A DNA stretch of 34,097 bases from a virus (taxonomy: Duplodnaviria > Caudoviricetes). Numbering within the stretch: the first letter of the stretch is position 1; each line of letters opens with the position of its first letter. The notes below the pieces were generated by a model, which was not told the origin of the DNA, ran no database searches, and worked only from the letters and a program-made list of their open reading frames with translations. The stretch lies in the IMG/VR virus record IMGVR_UViG_3300044267_001409, positions 1 to 34,097 of that record, one strand, 5' to 3'. Made by a program: the position numbers and the translations under genes. Positions 15,284 through 26,411 of this stretch are shown in pieces.

Positions 15284-17149
15284 ATGTTTAAGAACGAAGT
15301 ATCAGAATTTATTTATAAAAGAACGTATTCACGTTGGTTAGAAGAAGAAGGTCGTAGAGAAGATTGGCCTGAGACAATAGAAAGATTTATAGGATTTATA
15401 ATTTCAAAAAACCCAGACATACCAGAAAAAACAATTAGTAAGATAAGAAAATATATGACAAAATTTGCAGTGATGCCCTCCATGCGTTTTTTGTGGGCGG
15501 CTGGACCAGCTGCTGAATTTGATAATACCTGTATATACAATTGTGCATTTGGAAAAATTAACACAGTAGACGCTTTCGCTGAGTGTCTGTATATATTAAT
15601 GTGTGGAACTGGTTTCGGTTTCTCAGTTGAGAAAGAAGAAGTAGAAAAGTTACCAGAAGTTCCTCCTATCAAATCTGGACAGGGTTTACCTAAAGTAGTA
15701 ATAGAAGATTCAAAAGCAGGATGGGCTGATTCAGTAAAGACATTAATGAATAGCTTATATGAAGGACAGAATATTTATTTCGATTACTCAGAGATTAGAC
15801 TTGAAGGAGCTCGCCTCAACACTATGGGAGGAAGAGCATCGGGTCCCCAACCTCTAGTAAAGTTGCATGATTTCATACGTGAGACTATGCATAACGCACA
15901 AGGTCGAAAACTCACAACACTTGAAGCACACGATATTTGTAACCAAATTGCAGAAATAGTGGTTGTAGGTGGAGTTAGACGCAGCTCACAAATCTCTTTG
16001 AGTGACCTTGATGATAAAGAAATGCGTCACGCTAAGGAGTGGCCTTTCCCTATTAAACGCGCTATGGCAAACAATAGTGCAATATTTAGAGAGAAGCCTT
16101 CCGCAGCACAATTTTTAAAAGAATGGGCGTCATTAGCTCTATCAGGCACGGGAGAAAGGGGTATATTTAATCTTAGTGCTGCACAGAGCAAAGCCCCATC
16201 AAGACGTTACGCTCCTCTTATTCAGGGAACTAATCCCTGTGGAGAAATAATGTTGCGGGATATGGAATTCTGTAACCTTTCGGAAGTAGTGGTGAGAGCA
16301 GATGACGACTTAGACTCCTTGTTAGACAAGGTAGAGACAGCTACATGGCTTGGTGTAATACAAGCAACCTTTACGAACTTTCCTTACCTGAGAAAAGAGT
16401 GGAAAAAGAACTGTGACGTAGAACGCCTTCTAGGTGTTAGTTTAACCGGTCAGATGGATAACCCTTCGGTTCTCACATCAGAGTGCTTAAAGGCGCTTAA
16501 AAGCCGTGTTTTACGCATATCTCGTAAAGCAGCAAAGGTACTTGGTATAAATGTCCCTGTTGCTACCACTTGTGTTAAGCCATCAGGAACTGTTTCACAA
16601 CTTGTTGACTCAGCGTCTGGCGTACATCCAAGATACTCTCAATATTATATTCGTCGTTATAGAATATCATCCCGTGACCCACTGTTTAAAATGATGAAAG
16701 ATTCTGGTATAAAGGCTACACCTGAAGTAGGACAGAAAGCAAGTGACGCTACCACATGGGTTCTAGAGTTTCCTGTTAAGTCACCAGAGGGTTGTATAAC
16801 TAGAAAGGATATATCAGCACTTGACCAACTCAGTCATTATAAGAACCTCCAACATAACTGGTGTGAACACAATGCTAGTATGACAGTATATGTAAGAGAA
16901 GACGAATGGTTTGAAGTAGGTAACTGGGTTTATAAAAACTGGGATATTATTAATGGAGTATCATTTTTACCATATGATGGTGGAAAGTATGAATTGGCTC
17001 CATATGAAGAAATAGACGCCAGAACTTACGAAAGGCTTATAAAGAAGCTACCCGTAATTGATTATACACAATTGTCACGATATGAAATGGAAGACCATAC
17101 TCAAGGTAAAGCTGAGTATGCTTGCGTTGGTGATAGATGTGAAATTTAA
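15284..17149 (+). CDS. nrdJ: Class II (adenosylcobalamin-dependent) ribonucleotide reductase
   Basis: RTYSR, YNCAF, GGVRRS, TNPCGEI, FCNLSE, TCVKPSGTVS, C-terminal ACVGDRCEI; no ATP cone and no small subunit nearby. Confidence 0.93.
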   Translation: MFKNEVSEFIYKRTYSRWLEEEGRREDWPETIERFIGFIISKNPDIPEKTISKIRKYMTKFAVMPSMRFLWAAGPAAEFDNTCIYNCAFGKINTVDAFAECLYILMCGTGFGFSVEKEEVEKLPEVPPIKSGQGLPKVVIEDSKAGWADSVKTLMNSLYEGQNIYFDYSEIRLEGARLNTMGGRASGPQPLVKLHDFIRETMHNAQGRKLTTLEAHDICNQIAEIVVVGGVRRSSQISLSDLDDKEMRHAKEWPFPIKRAMANNSAIFREKPSAAQFLKEWASLALSGTGERGIFNLSAAQSKAPSRRYAPLIQGTNPCGEIMLRDMEFCNLSEVVVRADDDLDSLLDKVETATWLGVIQATFTNFPYLRKEWKKNCDVERLLGVSLTGQMDNPSVLTSECLKALKSRVLRISRKAAKVLGINVPVATTCVKPSGTVSQLVDSASGVHPRYSQYYIRRYRISSRDPLFKMMKDSGIKATPEVGQKASDATTWVLEFPVKSPEGCITRKDISALDQLSHYKNLQHNWCEHNASMTVYVREDEWFEVGNWVYKNWDIINGVSFLPYDGGKYELAPYEEIDARTYERLIKKLPVIDYTQLSRYEMEDHTQGKAEYACVGDRCEI

Positions 17150-17151
17150 AT

Positions 17152-17430
17152 ATGGAATATGAAACTGATATTACTGGATACGGCCGTAAAATGGGTCGTG
17201 ACGCCGGACTCAATGACCAAGGTAGAATAGATTCTGTAGTTAAACTTGGTGGTGGTGAGTTTGAAGGTATGCAACCAGCAGGTACAGTAGCTGCTAGAAC
17301 TATGAATCCCGGTGGTACTGAGACTTCTGGTGGAGGCGCACGTTCTGGTGATTTCGCTCCTTCTTATGGAAGAGATGATGGAATTACTGGAAATCCACGT
17401 GGACCACCAAGCATGAATACGGACTCTTAG
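17152..17430 (+). CDS. Gly-rich, probably disordered protein, 92 aa
   Basis: ORF 2 nt after nrdJ; its stop overlaps the convergent gene's stop. Confidence 0.7.
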   Translation: MEYETDITGYGRKMGRDAGLNDQGRIDSVVKLGGGEFEGMQPAGTVAARTMNPGGTETSGGGARSGDFAPSYGRDDGITGNPRGPPSMNTDS

Positions 17431-18482
17431 TTATCTCTACTATTGATATACTCAGCCAAAGTAGGTGGTTTTCTATTGATAAGTACACTAATTTTGTAAG
17501 AAGTAGGACTAAAAGATATATTTCTACCCAACACCCTATAGTTCCCATCGTATTCGTCTTCTCCTGTTATAATTTTGATGACACTATTTTCTGGAAGATA
17601 TGCTCCCTCGAAAGTGTCAAAGGTATATTCATATTGGACTTTCAAATTAGCTTTAAAAAGTTTTTGAGCAAAATCAGTACATTCAGCTGGAGATTTCAAT
17701 GAAGTATTACTTACTTCTAAATAACTCCTATCTAAAGCTTCTACGCCGCTATCGTGCACAAATGTTCCTTTTACTCCATTGGCTCCGTTAACAATAATAA
17801 TAGTTGGGATTTTACGATTAATAATATTTAAATTTGTAATGTTGTCATACTCTGTATACACATGAGAAATAGTAGAGTTATCCACATCTGCTTCTAATTC
17901 TATTACCAACTGAGAATTAGTTCCATCGTCTATCAGTTTAGCTATGTTGGGTCTAGGTAAGTCAGTGGTGTCTGTATTTACTGCTTGAGCTAATAATGTT
18001 TTCATAATGTCCATCACTGTTTTAGTACCTCTAATAGGACTTTTTGATGTAGATATAACTGGACTAGTGTCACCTATATAATCTGTTTTAATTTTTGTAT
18101 TTAACTTAGCTAACTCTAAAGCCTTAATCATAGCTGCACCCACAGTTAAACCATCTAAATTATTTGTATCAGTCAGGGCTATCTTAGCAGTCTCAGCTTC
18201 TCCACCTTTAAGCATATAACCAAATCCATCCTCTGCATGTATTTGTATTTTATTATAATCTTCCTTTACTCTTTTTATCCAACCTCTAAATAAAGGAACT
18301 GCATCTGAAGTATTCATAAAAAAAGTTACTTCTTGATTCCAAAAATTCATACCGACTCCTGAAGCTGTAGGGATAACAAAGTCTAATTGAGCAGCTTTTA
18401 AATTACCCTGCTGAGAAAATCCTGCATTAATAAAATCTATTTCTTTACCATTTATTGTAATTTTAGGAGTAAGCTCTAACAT
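17427..18482 (-). CDS. Baseplate hub/tail-tip protein (T4 gp27/Mu gpP-like)
   Basis: 351 aa; LFRGWI...I.A.D, C-terminal Y.G.YRV....SFSP.SYK; last gene of the tail operon. Confidence 0.65.
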   Translation of the reverse strand: MLELTPKITINGKEIDFINAGFSQQGNLKAAQLDFVIPTASGVGMNFWNQEVTFFMNTSDAVPLFRGWIKRVKEDYNKIQIHAEDGFGYMLKGGEAETAKIALTDTNNLDGLTVGAAMIKALELAKLNTKIKTDYIGDTSPVISTSKSPIRGTKTVMDIMKTLLAQAVNTDTTDLPRPNIAKLIDDGTNSQLVIELEADVDNSTISHVYTEYDNITNLNIINRKIPTIIIVNGANGVKGTFVHDSGVEALDRSYLEVSNTSLKSPAECTDFAQKLFKANLKVQYEYTFDTFEGAYLPENSVIKIITGEDEYDGNYRVLGRNISFSPTSYKISVLINRKPPTLAEYINSRDN

Positions 18483-21400
18483 CTTCTATGCCTCCTAATG
18501 GATACACATCGGTAATCATTTCTAGATTACCATCATAGATTGCTATTTCTTCCACAGTCATATTAAAAGTATAATTTACTACAGACCGAGGACCCATAGC
18601 AGCTCTCGTATCAGAAACATCAGTAACAATACCCCAGAACCTTATATAAGTTCCATCTTTTTGTTGTTCATCCCAATACACTCTTACAGCATCAGCTTGT
18701 ATATTTCTTATTTTACGTAGATGTCCATAAAGACTTGAAGGTCCACTTCTATCAAATTTGTCTGATTTCGAATCATCCTCATCACCAAGAGCAACACTAG
18801 TAAATTGTATTTTTTCTATACTTACACCAGTTTTAGCTATGTAAACTTTACCCTTTCTTGTAATAGCTTGATAGTAATTACCTTTCCTTCCTACAGATAT
18901 ATTACTTGTAATTGCTAAAGAATTTAAAGAATAGGCGTGGTCATCTATTTCTTCTACGAGCTGAGAAGCTGTATCATTATAAGGTAATATATTCCAGACC
19001 TCAGTTCCTACTGTACCTGCACCAGAACCTGTTGCTGGACTACTTGCAGTATTACCACTCTCATATTTATTACCTTTGAGTACTACTTTGATTGGATACA
19101 ATTCTGTATCTCCCCATCCAGTATTAGCAGCAGACCCCAAATTAGAACCAGACATGAAACTAAAGAAGTTAGGCCATGTCTTACCACCTATATTAGCATC
19201 TACTGGGTTTAAAATAAATGCGCCAGCTGCTGCACCACTTGCATTTGTACTCCACACAGTGCTAGCACCATCAATAACATCATACCAATTAACTCTTCTG
19301 ATTGTGAAAGTATAAGAATTAGAACCAGTAAACATACCATATGTAGTGGTTGTAGCCCCACCACCATGGAATTCATTATTACCAATCTGTAATGTAATTG
19401 TGTTAGTACCATCATAACCATCATCGAAACCATCAGCTAAGAAATATCCTTGACCCAAACCATTGGAAGCACTTCCACCTACATTACCTGTATTTAATAT
19501 TGCTATGTATTTATAAGCACCTATATTAGAAGAATTACCAGATATACCAGTAGGCCAGTCTGCACCTGTTCTTAAGAATTGAACTGTCTTACCTTGTGTG
19601 CCCCCACCTGTAGCTGCACTACAACTTCCTTGAAATGTAAACTCAAAATCACCGGGAGTAGGTATAGAAGGATATGCAGTTGCTTCAGCCACACCCCACT
19701 GTCCACTACCACCTGAATCTGTCTTACCCATCAAATCATTCAAAGAAACTTTATCCCAATCATCAGGCATATCAAACTCAATAAAACCAGATTTACTAAA
19801 AGAAGCACCAGTTGTAATGTAAGTATCACCACCAGTATCTCTGTATTCAACCATAGATTTAGTTCCATCTTCGAATTGTAACGGTTTCCAATAATAATTA
19901 GCTATATTAGTTTTGTGATTTTCTGCGTGTAGATAATATAATCCTGCTATTTCATTCTGATTAGTTCCACCTGAAGCATTACTCATTAAAGCTTTAGCGT
20001 AAGGAGAACATTCAATAAATATTTTATTATGTTTTTTAGCAGCAGTTAATATCATATACTCATAAGCTGTACGGGAATTATTGTTTCTATCTTTGTAAGC
20101 TAATGTGTTAACAGCATCTAAATTTAATTGACCAGCTTGGGTGTTACTAAATCCTGAAGCCGTAAGGTCTTGAGAATACACAGCAGTAGTAGCTACTTGG
20201 TCTTCATAGTTTCTACAAATAGACTGTGTTATACTTCCTATTGATTGTTGTGCTGTATTGTTAACCCAATTTAACGCAGGAGAAACTCTATATATACCTG
20301 CATATGTATTTAAACTACTACCACTATTAGAATTAGCCACGGCGTAACTTCTTAATAAATGTCCTTGTGACACAAACCTGTTGTATTCATCTAGTAAGAA
20401 TTGGTCTTGACGAGGTTCTTGGTCAGTATCAGTAACCCATTTATAATTACTTCCACTACCTATAGCTAGTACATAATCACTACTAGCATCAGTGTTTCCT
20501 CCTTTTTGCATAAGACCATCAGGTCTAGGATTGTAAGTAAATGCTACACTATAATCAGCAGTACTTCCTCCTGAAACAGAAGTCAACGTAGATGCTGTAC
20601 CTGCCCATACATTAGATGGGACAAACCAGTTGTTACCATTGTCATAATAATAATTACTAATTGTATTATTAGAAGAAGCTGCTCTACTTTGTGACATATC
20701 AAAATTAACCACTCTACGTGAATCATCAGCTAACTTGACAGGACAACCATCACTAACATATGTAACAGGATAATAGGGTGTTAAAGAACCACCCCCTGCG
20801 GTTAGTGCTGCCCCTGAAGTAACTATAAATAATTTAACCTTATTGAACGCATTTAAATTTGCATATGTATTAACATCATGTTTACTATTAACGAACTTAA
20901 CCTTAGTTATTCTTCTAACTTTATAATCATCATCGTTTATCTTTTCTACTCCTTCACCAGCATCGACAGTGGTAGAACCAGTAAAGTGTTTAGTTATAAC
21001 AGCCTGAGAACCTCCAGCTGAGAAACCCTCACTACCTGAAACTAAACCATACACCACTTCCATTTCTATATCTAATTGTGGAGCATAAGATATAGTGTCT
21101 CCTTGACTAATAGTAGGAGGAACAGTTAAATAAATGTCCATAGCCCCATATTCATCAAATAAACTATTATCTATACCACTTAAAACTTGTTTGTTCTCTA
21201 AGCGCATTACAGCCGTTGCAGTTGAATCGGTCACCCCTATACTCTCTATACGGCTAGAGGACTCTAACGGCCCTATAAAGCTATTTGTAGAGGCATTCTG
21301 AAAATACTTGGAGAATATACCCTGTGAATTGACAGTTTGCACTATAGGTTTAAAGGTTCCTGACTTAGTGTAGGTATGTTCAACCACAGTAGAGCTTATT

Positions 21401-21591
21401 GGATAATCAAACTGTAACCATTGATAATTAGCATTTTCTTTACTATTATCACTACCATCATCCCAATCAATATAAACTGCTCTAACATCTGTTTTATTAA
21501 AAACTAATTTAGCATAACGCTTTTCATATACGTCAGTAGTGCTTTCTGCTTGTGTTGCTCCTGAATCAGTAAACCAATCTAAGGAACTCAT
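18463..21591 (-). CDS. Large tail protein with N-terminal PKD-like domain and C-terminal distal-tail (Dit)-like domain
   Basis: IDWDDG...EHTYTKSGTF (PKD-like); C-terminal tube-fold-like segment; ATGA coupling favours start 21591. Confidence 0.6.
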   Translation of the reverse strand: MSSLDWFTDSGATQAESTTDVYEKRYAKLVFNKTDVRAVYIDWDDGSDNSKENANYQWLQFDYPISSTVVEHTYTKSGTFKPIVQTVNSQGIFSKYFQNASTNSFIGPLESSSRIESIGVTDSTATAVMRLENKQVLSGIDNSLFDEYGAMDIYLTVPPTISQGDTISYAPQLDIEMEVVYGLVSGSEGFSAGGSQAVITKHFTGSTTVDAGEGVEKINDDDYKVRRITKVKFVNSKHDVNTYANLNAFNKVKLFIVTSGAALTAGGGSLTPYYPVTYVSDGCPVKLADDSRRVVNFDMSQSRAASSNNTISNYYYDNGNNWFVPSNVWAGTASTLTSVSGGSTADYSVAFTYNPRPDGLMQKGGNTDASSDYVLAIGSGSNYKWVTDTDQEPRQDQFLLDEYNRFVSQGHLLRSYAVANSNSGSSLNTYAGIYRVSPALNWVNNTAQQSIGSITQSICRNYEDQVATTAVYSQDLTASGFSNTQAGQLNLDAVNTLAYKDRNNNSRTAYEYMILTAAKKHNKIFIECSPYAKALMSNASGGTNQNEIAGLYYLHAENHKTNIANYYWKPLQFEDGTKSMVEYRDTGGDTYITTGASFSKSGFIEFDMPDDWDKVSLNDLMGKTDSGGSGQWGVAEATAYPSIPTPGDFEFTFQGSCSAATGGGTQGKTVQFLRTGADWPTGISGNSSNIGAYKYIAILNTGNVGGSASNGLGQGYFLADGFDDGYDGTNTITLQIGNNEFHGGGATTTTYGMFTGSNSYTFTIRRVNWYDVIDGASTVWSTNASGAAAGAFILNPVDANIGGKTWPNFFSFMSGSNLGSAANTGWGDTELYPIKVVLKGNKYESGNTASSPATGSGAGTVGTEVWNILPYNDTASQLVEEIDDHAYSLNSLAITSNISVGRKGNYYQAITRKGKVYIAKTGVSIEKIQFTSVALGDEDDSKSDKFDRSGPSSLYGHLRKIRNIQADAVRVYWDEQQKDGTYIRFWGIVTDVSDTRAAMGPRSVVNYTFNMTVEEIAIYDGNLEMITDVYPLGGIEDVRAYS

Positions 21592-24500
21592 ACTCCTGTA
21601 GCCTCCCATGTAACTTCATTAGAAGTACATACATTATCAGTACTAGAACCAATAATATTATGATAATCAAATAAAAATAAACGAGCATTGTATTTTATCT
21701 CGGTACCAGAATCCATGTCTGGTAAGAAGTCAGTAGGTAATATATATTGGTTAGCTGATGTAGGAACATGTAAGCATTTTTTATGTACTATACATTCTTG
21801 TATACCTCCACGCCACAAATAACCAGTGCCACTACTATCACCTGCGTCATAACCAATAACAAACTGAGCACCAGTATAACCGGTTCCATCATATATCGCT
21901 GTGTTTTGTGCCCAACCTCCTGCTGATTGTTTAACTAACATACCATTAACATACATTTTAAGACAGTTAGTAGGTAAAGACGCATCAAATGTAACTACTA
22001 TAAACAAAGGAGATTCATTATCGTTTTTAAAACTGTAATCACTTGTTAAAGTATATTCTTTACCCGAGTAGCCGCCGTTTCCAGATACTAGAGTAAATAC
22101 AGGTACGACATCTTGGCCCGCACCCGCAGCTTTGGTTACTTTCATATTAAAGGAACCTTTAGCAGTAGTAGTGTCATAATCAGACATAATGTAATGAGTA
22201 GCAGTACCGGCGCCTGTAGCGTTAGGTATGACGTGAGCTATAAAGGTAGCCTCAGTTGCACCAAACCAAGGTGAATCCCAACCGGTAGCTGTCCTAATAT
22301 ATTCACCAGCATTACCTGTTCCTACAAAACTCCATCCTGAACTACCAGTAATGTGTCTGGTTGTTTCAGTGTTGAAACTATTAGCGGTGCGGTTATTAGC
22401 TAAATAATAATTACCTGTAGCTTTAGAATTAGTACCCGGTATCTCATTTATAGGTGCATGGAAATATATACCATCATACTTATCTGTGATGGGATTAGTA
22501 TCTATATATAGTAATCTATAAAGTATATCATCACCCTCTTCTTCCCACGTAAATTTAACAGCGTTAAGTTCTTCACGGTCTAATTCATATAAATTAACTT
22601 TGTCATTTCCTGAACCACTTAAAATATTATAATTAGGTTCTACACTCAAAGGAGACCTGAATGAAGGTGTTTTATCCAAGTATTCCCAGTACATATGAGG
22701 ACGATTCATTATCGTAGCGTTTTCGTCACTAGCTATAGTCACAGTCTGGTCGCTTGAAGCATTAGCCAATCCTAATAAGAATGTGATAGATGCTTGCTCA
22801 GTTCCATCGACCTTAGCTAATCCCATCATATCCAATTCTACCCAATTTTCTAAAGCAGCATTAGCTTGACTTACTTGACCTCCACTAGCATCCTCTTCAC
22901 TATATACCCCATATCCATAATCTTGATTTAGAAGTAATGTACTGTCATCTATGTTTGTAGATAAATTCCAACTTCTTAAATATAAACCAGCTCTTCCTAC
23001 TGTACCACGCTGAGAAGAATCAAAACTAAATATAGATTCGTTCCATGTACTACCTTGCATAGAAGCAGCGGTTGGTTCTGCATTACCTGTACCAGCAGCC
23101 TCTACATTCTGTATAATACAAAAGTTTTGATAACTACGTTGAGTGATACCTCCTGACATCCATGTTAAGTTAAGCCAATATTTTTTAGGCCCTATCCATA
23201 AATCAGATAAATTAGCTTCTGTCAACAAGTCAGTACTCCTATCATCAGCTTTGATTATAGAAGACTGTTCTACATCATTACATGTTAACCTAAAAGTAAT
23301 TACTTTAGCGCCCTCGTCTATAGCCGCATCATCTGCTAACTTTAATACATTACGATTAGCAGTAGTTACATTAGGCCAAGCGGTAGCTTCATCACTACCT
23401 ACACCCCACCCTAATGTATTAGCATTACCTGATGGTGCTGAAGCACCGGGTGCGGCTGTCCCTATTTTAAATATAATAAATTCTTCATCCATATACTTAT
23501 TGAATATAGCTGTATTAGCTACTTGAATAGCATTAGGGGCTATCTCTGTATTCATCTTATGACCAGCACCCATAATACCTGTAATCTTAGTGGCTACAGA
23601 AATATTTTCACGCTTAGTCCATGTGTTATCACCATTGAACCCTGCACCACTCATAGCAAATCTAAATAAACCTTTTTGAGTAAAACCATCTTGAGATGGG
23701 AAATCCACAGTTGTACCAGTCATCAGATTAACACTACCTGTAGCTGTTTTTCCAACAGTATCTGAAGTAGTAGAAAAATTAATATCAGAACCACTTAAAG
23801 TAGTATTGTAAAAATTATTGTCTTCTACTTCTATATCCCAATAGTGAGCTCCAAAGAATTGTCCACCTAAATATTTTTGATTAGTCTTAGTACCTGACAC
23901 ACTAACGTGAGCTACAGTAGATGCTGAATCAAGTCTATTTATATTTTTGAATATATTAGTGCTAAATCCATTTGCTAATAGGTATCCATAAGCATCATTA
24001 GCGTAATCAGTTTTATTAGGTAATTGAGCAGGATTTTCAAATCCAAATATAAGAGACTCTGGCATTGAATATTCAGTCATATTACCAGATACAGATTGTC
24101 CACTAACAGCCCAACCTCTTAAACTATAAGGTCCACCACCATCATCATCAGTAGTATAAACATCCCATGGTGATATTTGACTTTCCGAGGCTGTTTGGAA
24201 ATATTGTTGTGTACTGATAGAAGCTCCTGCACTGCAATTTGTTACTTCAGGAGTAAAGTTTTTAAGTTTTATATCATCAATAAAAATTTCAGCTTCTATA
24301 GCCGAACCACTAAGTAATCCAGCATCATCATCTCCCCAGTAAAACATATTAAATGAACCATCATAATTGTTGGTTGCAGGTAAATCACTAGTGTCAGGAA
24401 TTCCTTGTATCCATCTGTAGTTTTGTACCCATACAGTCATGTGTTTAGGGAACATAGAAGGGTCATCATTAAAAGAATATGATGTTGACCTATTAGTTGA

Positions 24501-26411
24501 ACCAGATGATGAAGAACCAGACACAGCAGGGAAAAATATATCTATGAATGGTATATTTTGAGTAGCTGTGGTCTCTACATCACCAGTAGTGTCTGTTTCA
24601 GTTTCGAAGTAAAGACGCATAGGGACACCTTTCCCTTCTAAATCTGCATCGTTATAATTATATATGTTGTTTTGTGCTGATGTTGTAGAATTTTTAGCAT
24701 AACCATCCATAAAGAACTTCATATTAAACCAAGAATCCATAGGTATACTTACTTTTCTTGAACCAGAAGTACCTGCACTATTACCAACATCATTAGAAGA
24801 AACTGGCTGAGAAGCTAAAAGTAATGTTTGGTCTGCTTCACCACTTGAAAAACCAAACTTACCTAACCCAGCTGCTTTCAATACAGTGTTAGCACTACCA
24901 TCACTATAAGGAGTTACAGGGATAGCCATAGCAGTTACTACTGAAGGGTCACCCCCAACTAAACTTATATCAATAGGAGATTTAGAAAAGACAACTCCTC
25001 CAACCACATGTTCAGTTGTGAGAGAAGAAGAACCATAAAACCTACTTAAACCATAATCTAAAAATCTATCTAGAGTAGTGTGCTCTGGTTTTGGTTTATA
25101 ATTAGAAAATGTAATTGCTACACTTCTTAAGAATCCTAATTGTTGGTCAGTACTACCTCCAGTTTCCATTGTACTTCCAGAATCATAATAACTATAGTAA
25201 GAAGTAAGACCATATGACGAGTTTTTAGCCATAAATGGGTTCCAACCTAATTTAGATATATTCATGCGCATTTCTATAGAAGGAGCTGCTACAGAAGTCC
25301 ACCCACCTACAGAAGATGTATTACTAAACAATGCATTATCTAATCCTGCATGAGGTCGTGGTAGGTTATAAATGGAAGCACGCGTCATTGAAGGAAGTAT
25401 TTGTCTTCCTCCCATAGCTTTTTGTAACTGTGCACTCTGGGTACTATAATCCCAAAGGTGATACATTCTAAATGCTTGTCCTCCGCTGTACTTTTTAGCT
25501 GAGTTTAGTTCACAAGAAGTCATCATTAGTGGATTATTTTTATCTGAAGTAAAAGGATTATTCATATCTGTAGTAGCATAGACTTCATCAAATATTGTAT
25601 TACCCTTTGTTGCTAAAGGTGCAGCATCTAAATCTGAACCAACAGGGTCTTTAGTCTGAAATTTAATTTTACCAGAAATGTCTTTGTATTTCCAGTATGG
25701 TTTTTTCCACATTGTGGTTCTAGCAACACCCCCAAAACTTCCCTGTCTTCTATCTTGTATTGGACGCCATACACCGGTAGGGTCATCTTCTGGAGATATT
25801 GGTACCTTTTCTTCATCAGCTGCAAAATATTGTTTTAACGCAAATTCTTTTCTACTACCTAAAATATTACCTAAAGAGTGAGCTTTATTTTTAGCATCAC
25901 TGAAGGTTAAATATGCATCAGATAATTCTGTAGTGCCATTACCTAGACTATCAATCATTTTAACTTGACCAATAGTTTTATCTGCACCATCAAAATTTTC
26001 TATTGTATAATAATTGTCATCAGCCACCGTAGAGCGATAAACGGTAATATCATGACCTGTCTGGTCATTTGAAGTAGAACCACTTATATATGAAAGTCTA
26101 ACTGTACCTTCTGTCATTTCTGTGCCGGGTTTGGTTCTATATAAAGATAATTGTGGTAAAGATGGAGTTGTAGGCATTGTAACATTACTCGTGTACAATT
26201 GCATATAACCACCTATTAACTCTGATTCACCATAAGCAGGAGTAGAAGCTACTGCTCCTGAGATTAAAAAATATGTAGGGTCAGTACCACCCTTCAGTTC
26301 AATTGAAGTATTAGTACCACCATCAGATAAATCCGCATAATTAGGTTTAACTCCCAAAGATTGATTTATAGTTGTTGCTTTATAAAAAGTATTTTTTGCT
26401 ACAGCTCTCAT
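21588..26411 (-). CDS. Giant tail-tip/adhesin protein with C-terminal LamG/ConA-like domain, 1607 aa
   Basis: S/T/G/N-rich; FIVVTFD...KMYVNG...IG.....W.GGIQE LamG pattern. Confidence 0.7.
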   Translation of the reverse strand: MRAVAKNTFYKATTINQSLGVKPNYADLSDGGTNTSIELKGGTDPTYFLISGAVASTPAYGESELIGGYMQLYTSNVTMPTTPSLPQLSLYRTKPGTEMTEGTVRLSYISGSTSNDQTGHDITVYRSTVADDNYYTIENFDGADKTIGQVKMIDSLGNGTTELSDAYLTFSDAKNKAHSLGNILGSRKEFALKQYFAADEEKVPISPEDDPTGVWRPIQDRRQGSFGGVARTTMWKKPYWKYKDISGKIKFQTKDPVGSDLDAAPLATKGNTIFDEVYATTDMNNPFTSDKNNPLMMTSCELNSAKKYSGGQAFRMYHLWDYSTQSAQLQKAMGGRQILPSMTRASIYNLPRPHAGLDNALFSNTSSVGGWTSVAAPSIEMRMNISKLGWNPFMAKNSSYGLTSYYSYYDSGSTMETGGSTDQQLGFLRSVAITFSNYKPKPEHTTLDRFLDYGLSRFYGSSSLTTEHVVGGVVFSKSPIDISLVGGDPSVVTAMAIPVTPYSDGSANTVLKAAGLGKFGFSSGEADQTLLLASQPVSSNDVGNSAGTSGSRKVSIPMDSWFNMKFFMDGYAKNSTTSAQNNIYNYNDADLEGKGVPMRLYFETETDTTGDVETTATQNIPFIDIFFPAVSGSSSSGSTNRSTSYSFNDDPSMFPKHMTVWVQNYRWIQGIPDTSDLPATNNYDGSFNMFYWGDDDAGLLSGSAIEAEIFIDDIKLKNFTPEVTNCSAGASISTQQYFQTASESQISPWDVYTTDDDGGGPYSLRGWAVSGQSVSGNMTEYSMPESLIFGFENPAQLPNKTDYANDAYGYLLANGFSTNIFKNINRLDSASTVAHVSVSGTKTNQKYLGGQFFGAHYWDIEVEDNNFYNTTLSGSDINFSTTSDTVGKTATGSVNLMTGTTVDFPSQDGFTQKGLFRFAMSGAGFNGDNTWTKRENISVATKITGIMGAGHKMNTEIAPNAIQVANTAIFNKYMDEEFIIFKIGTAAPGASAPSGNANTLGWGVGSDEATAWPNVTTANRNVLKLADDAAIDEGAKVITFRLTCNDVEQSSIIKADDRSTDLLTEANLSDLWIGPKKYWLNLTWMSGGITQRSYQNFCIIQNVEAAGTGNAEPTAASMQGSTWNESIFSFDSSQRGTVGRAGLYLRSWNLSTNIDDSTLLLNQDYGYGVYSEEDASGGQVSQANAALENWVELDMMGLAKVDGTEQASITFLLGLANASSDQTVTIASDENATIMNRPHMYWEYLDKTPSFRSPLSVEPNYNILSGSGNDKVNLYELDREELNAVKFTWEEEGDDILYRLLYIDTNPITDKYDGIYFHAPINEIPGTNSKATGNYYLANNRTANSFNTETTRHITGSSGWSFVGTGNAGEYIRTATGWDSPWFGATEATFIAHVIPNATGAGTATHYIMSDYDTTTAKGSFNMKVTKAAGAGQDVVPVFTLVSGNGGYSGKEYTLTSDYSFKNDNESPLFIVVTFDASLPTNCLKMYVNGMLVKQSAGGWAQNTAIYDGTGYTGAQFVIGYDAGDSSGTGYLWRGGIQECIVHKKCLHVPTSANQYILPTDFLPDMDSGTEIKYNARLFLFDYHNIIGSSTDNVCTSNEVTWEATGV

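Noticed and set aside
8228-17149. Inteins or introns in polB and nrdJ
   Set aside because: Both ORFs are continuous, of normal length, and lack intein splice motifs
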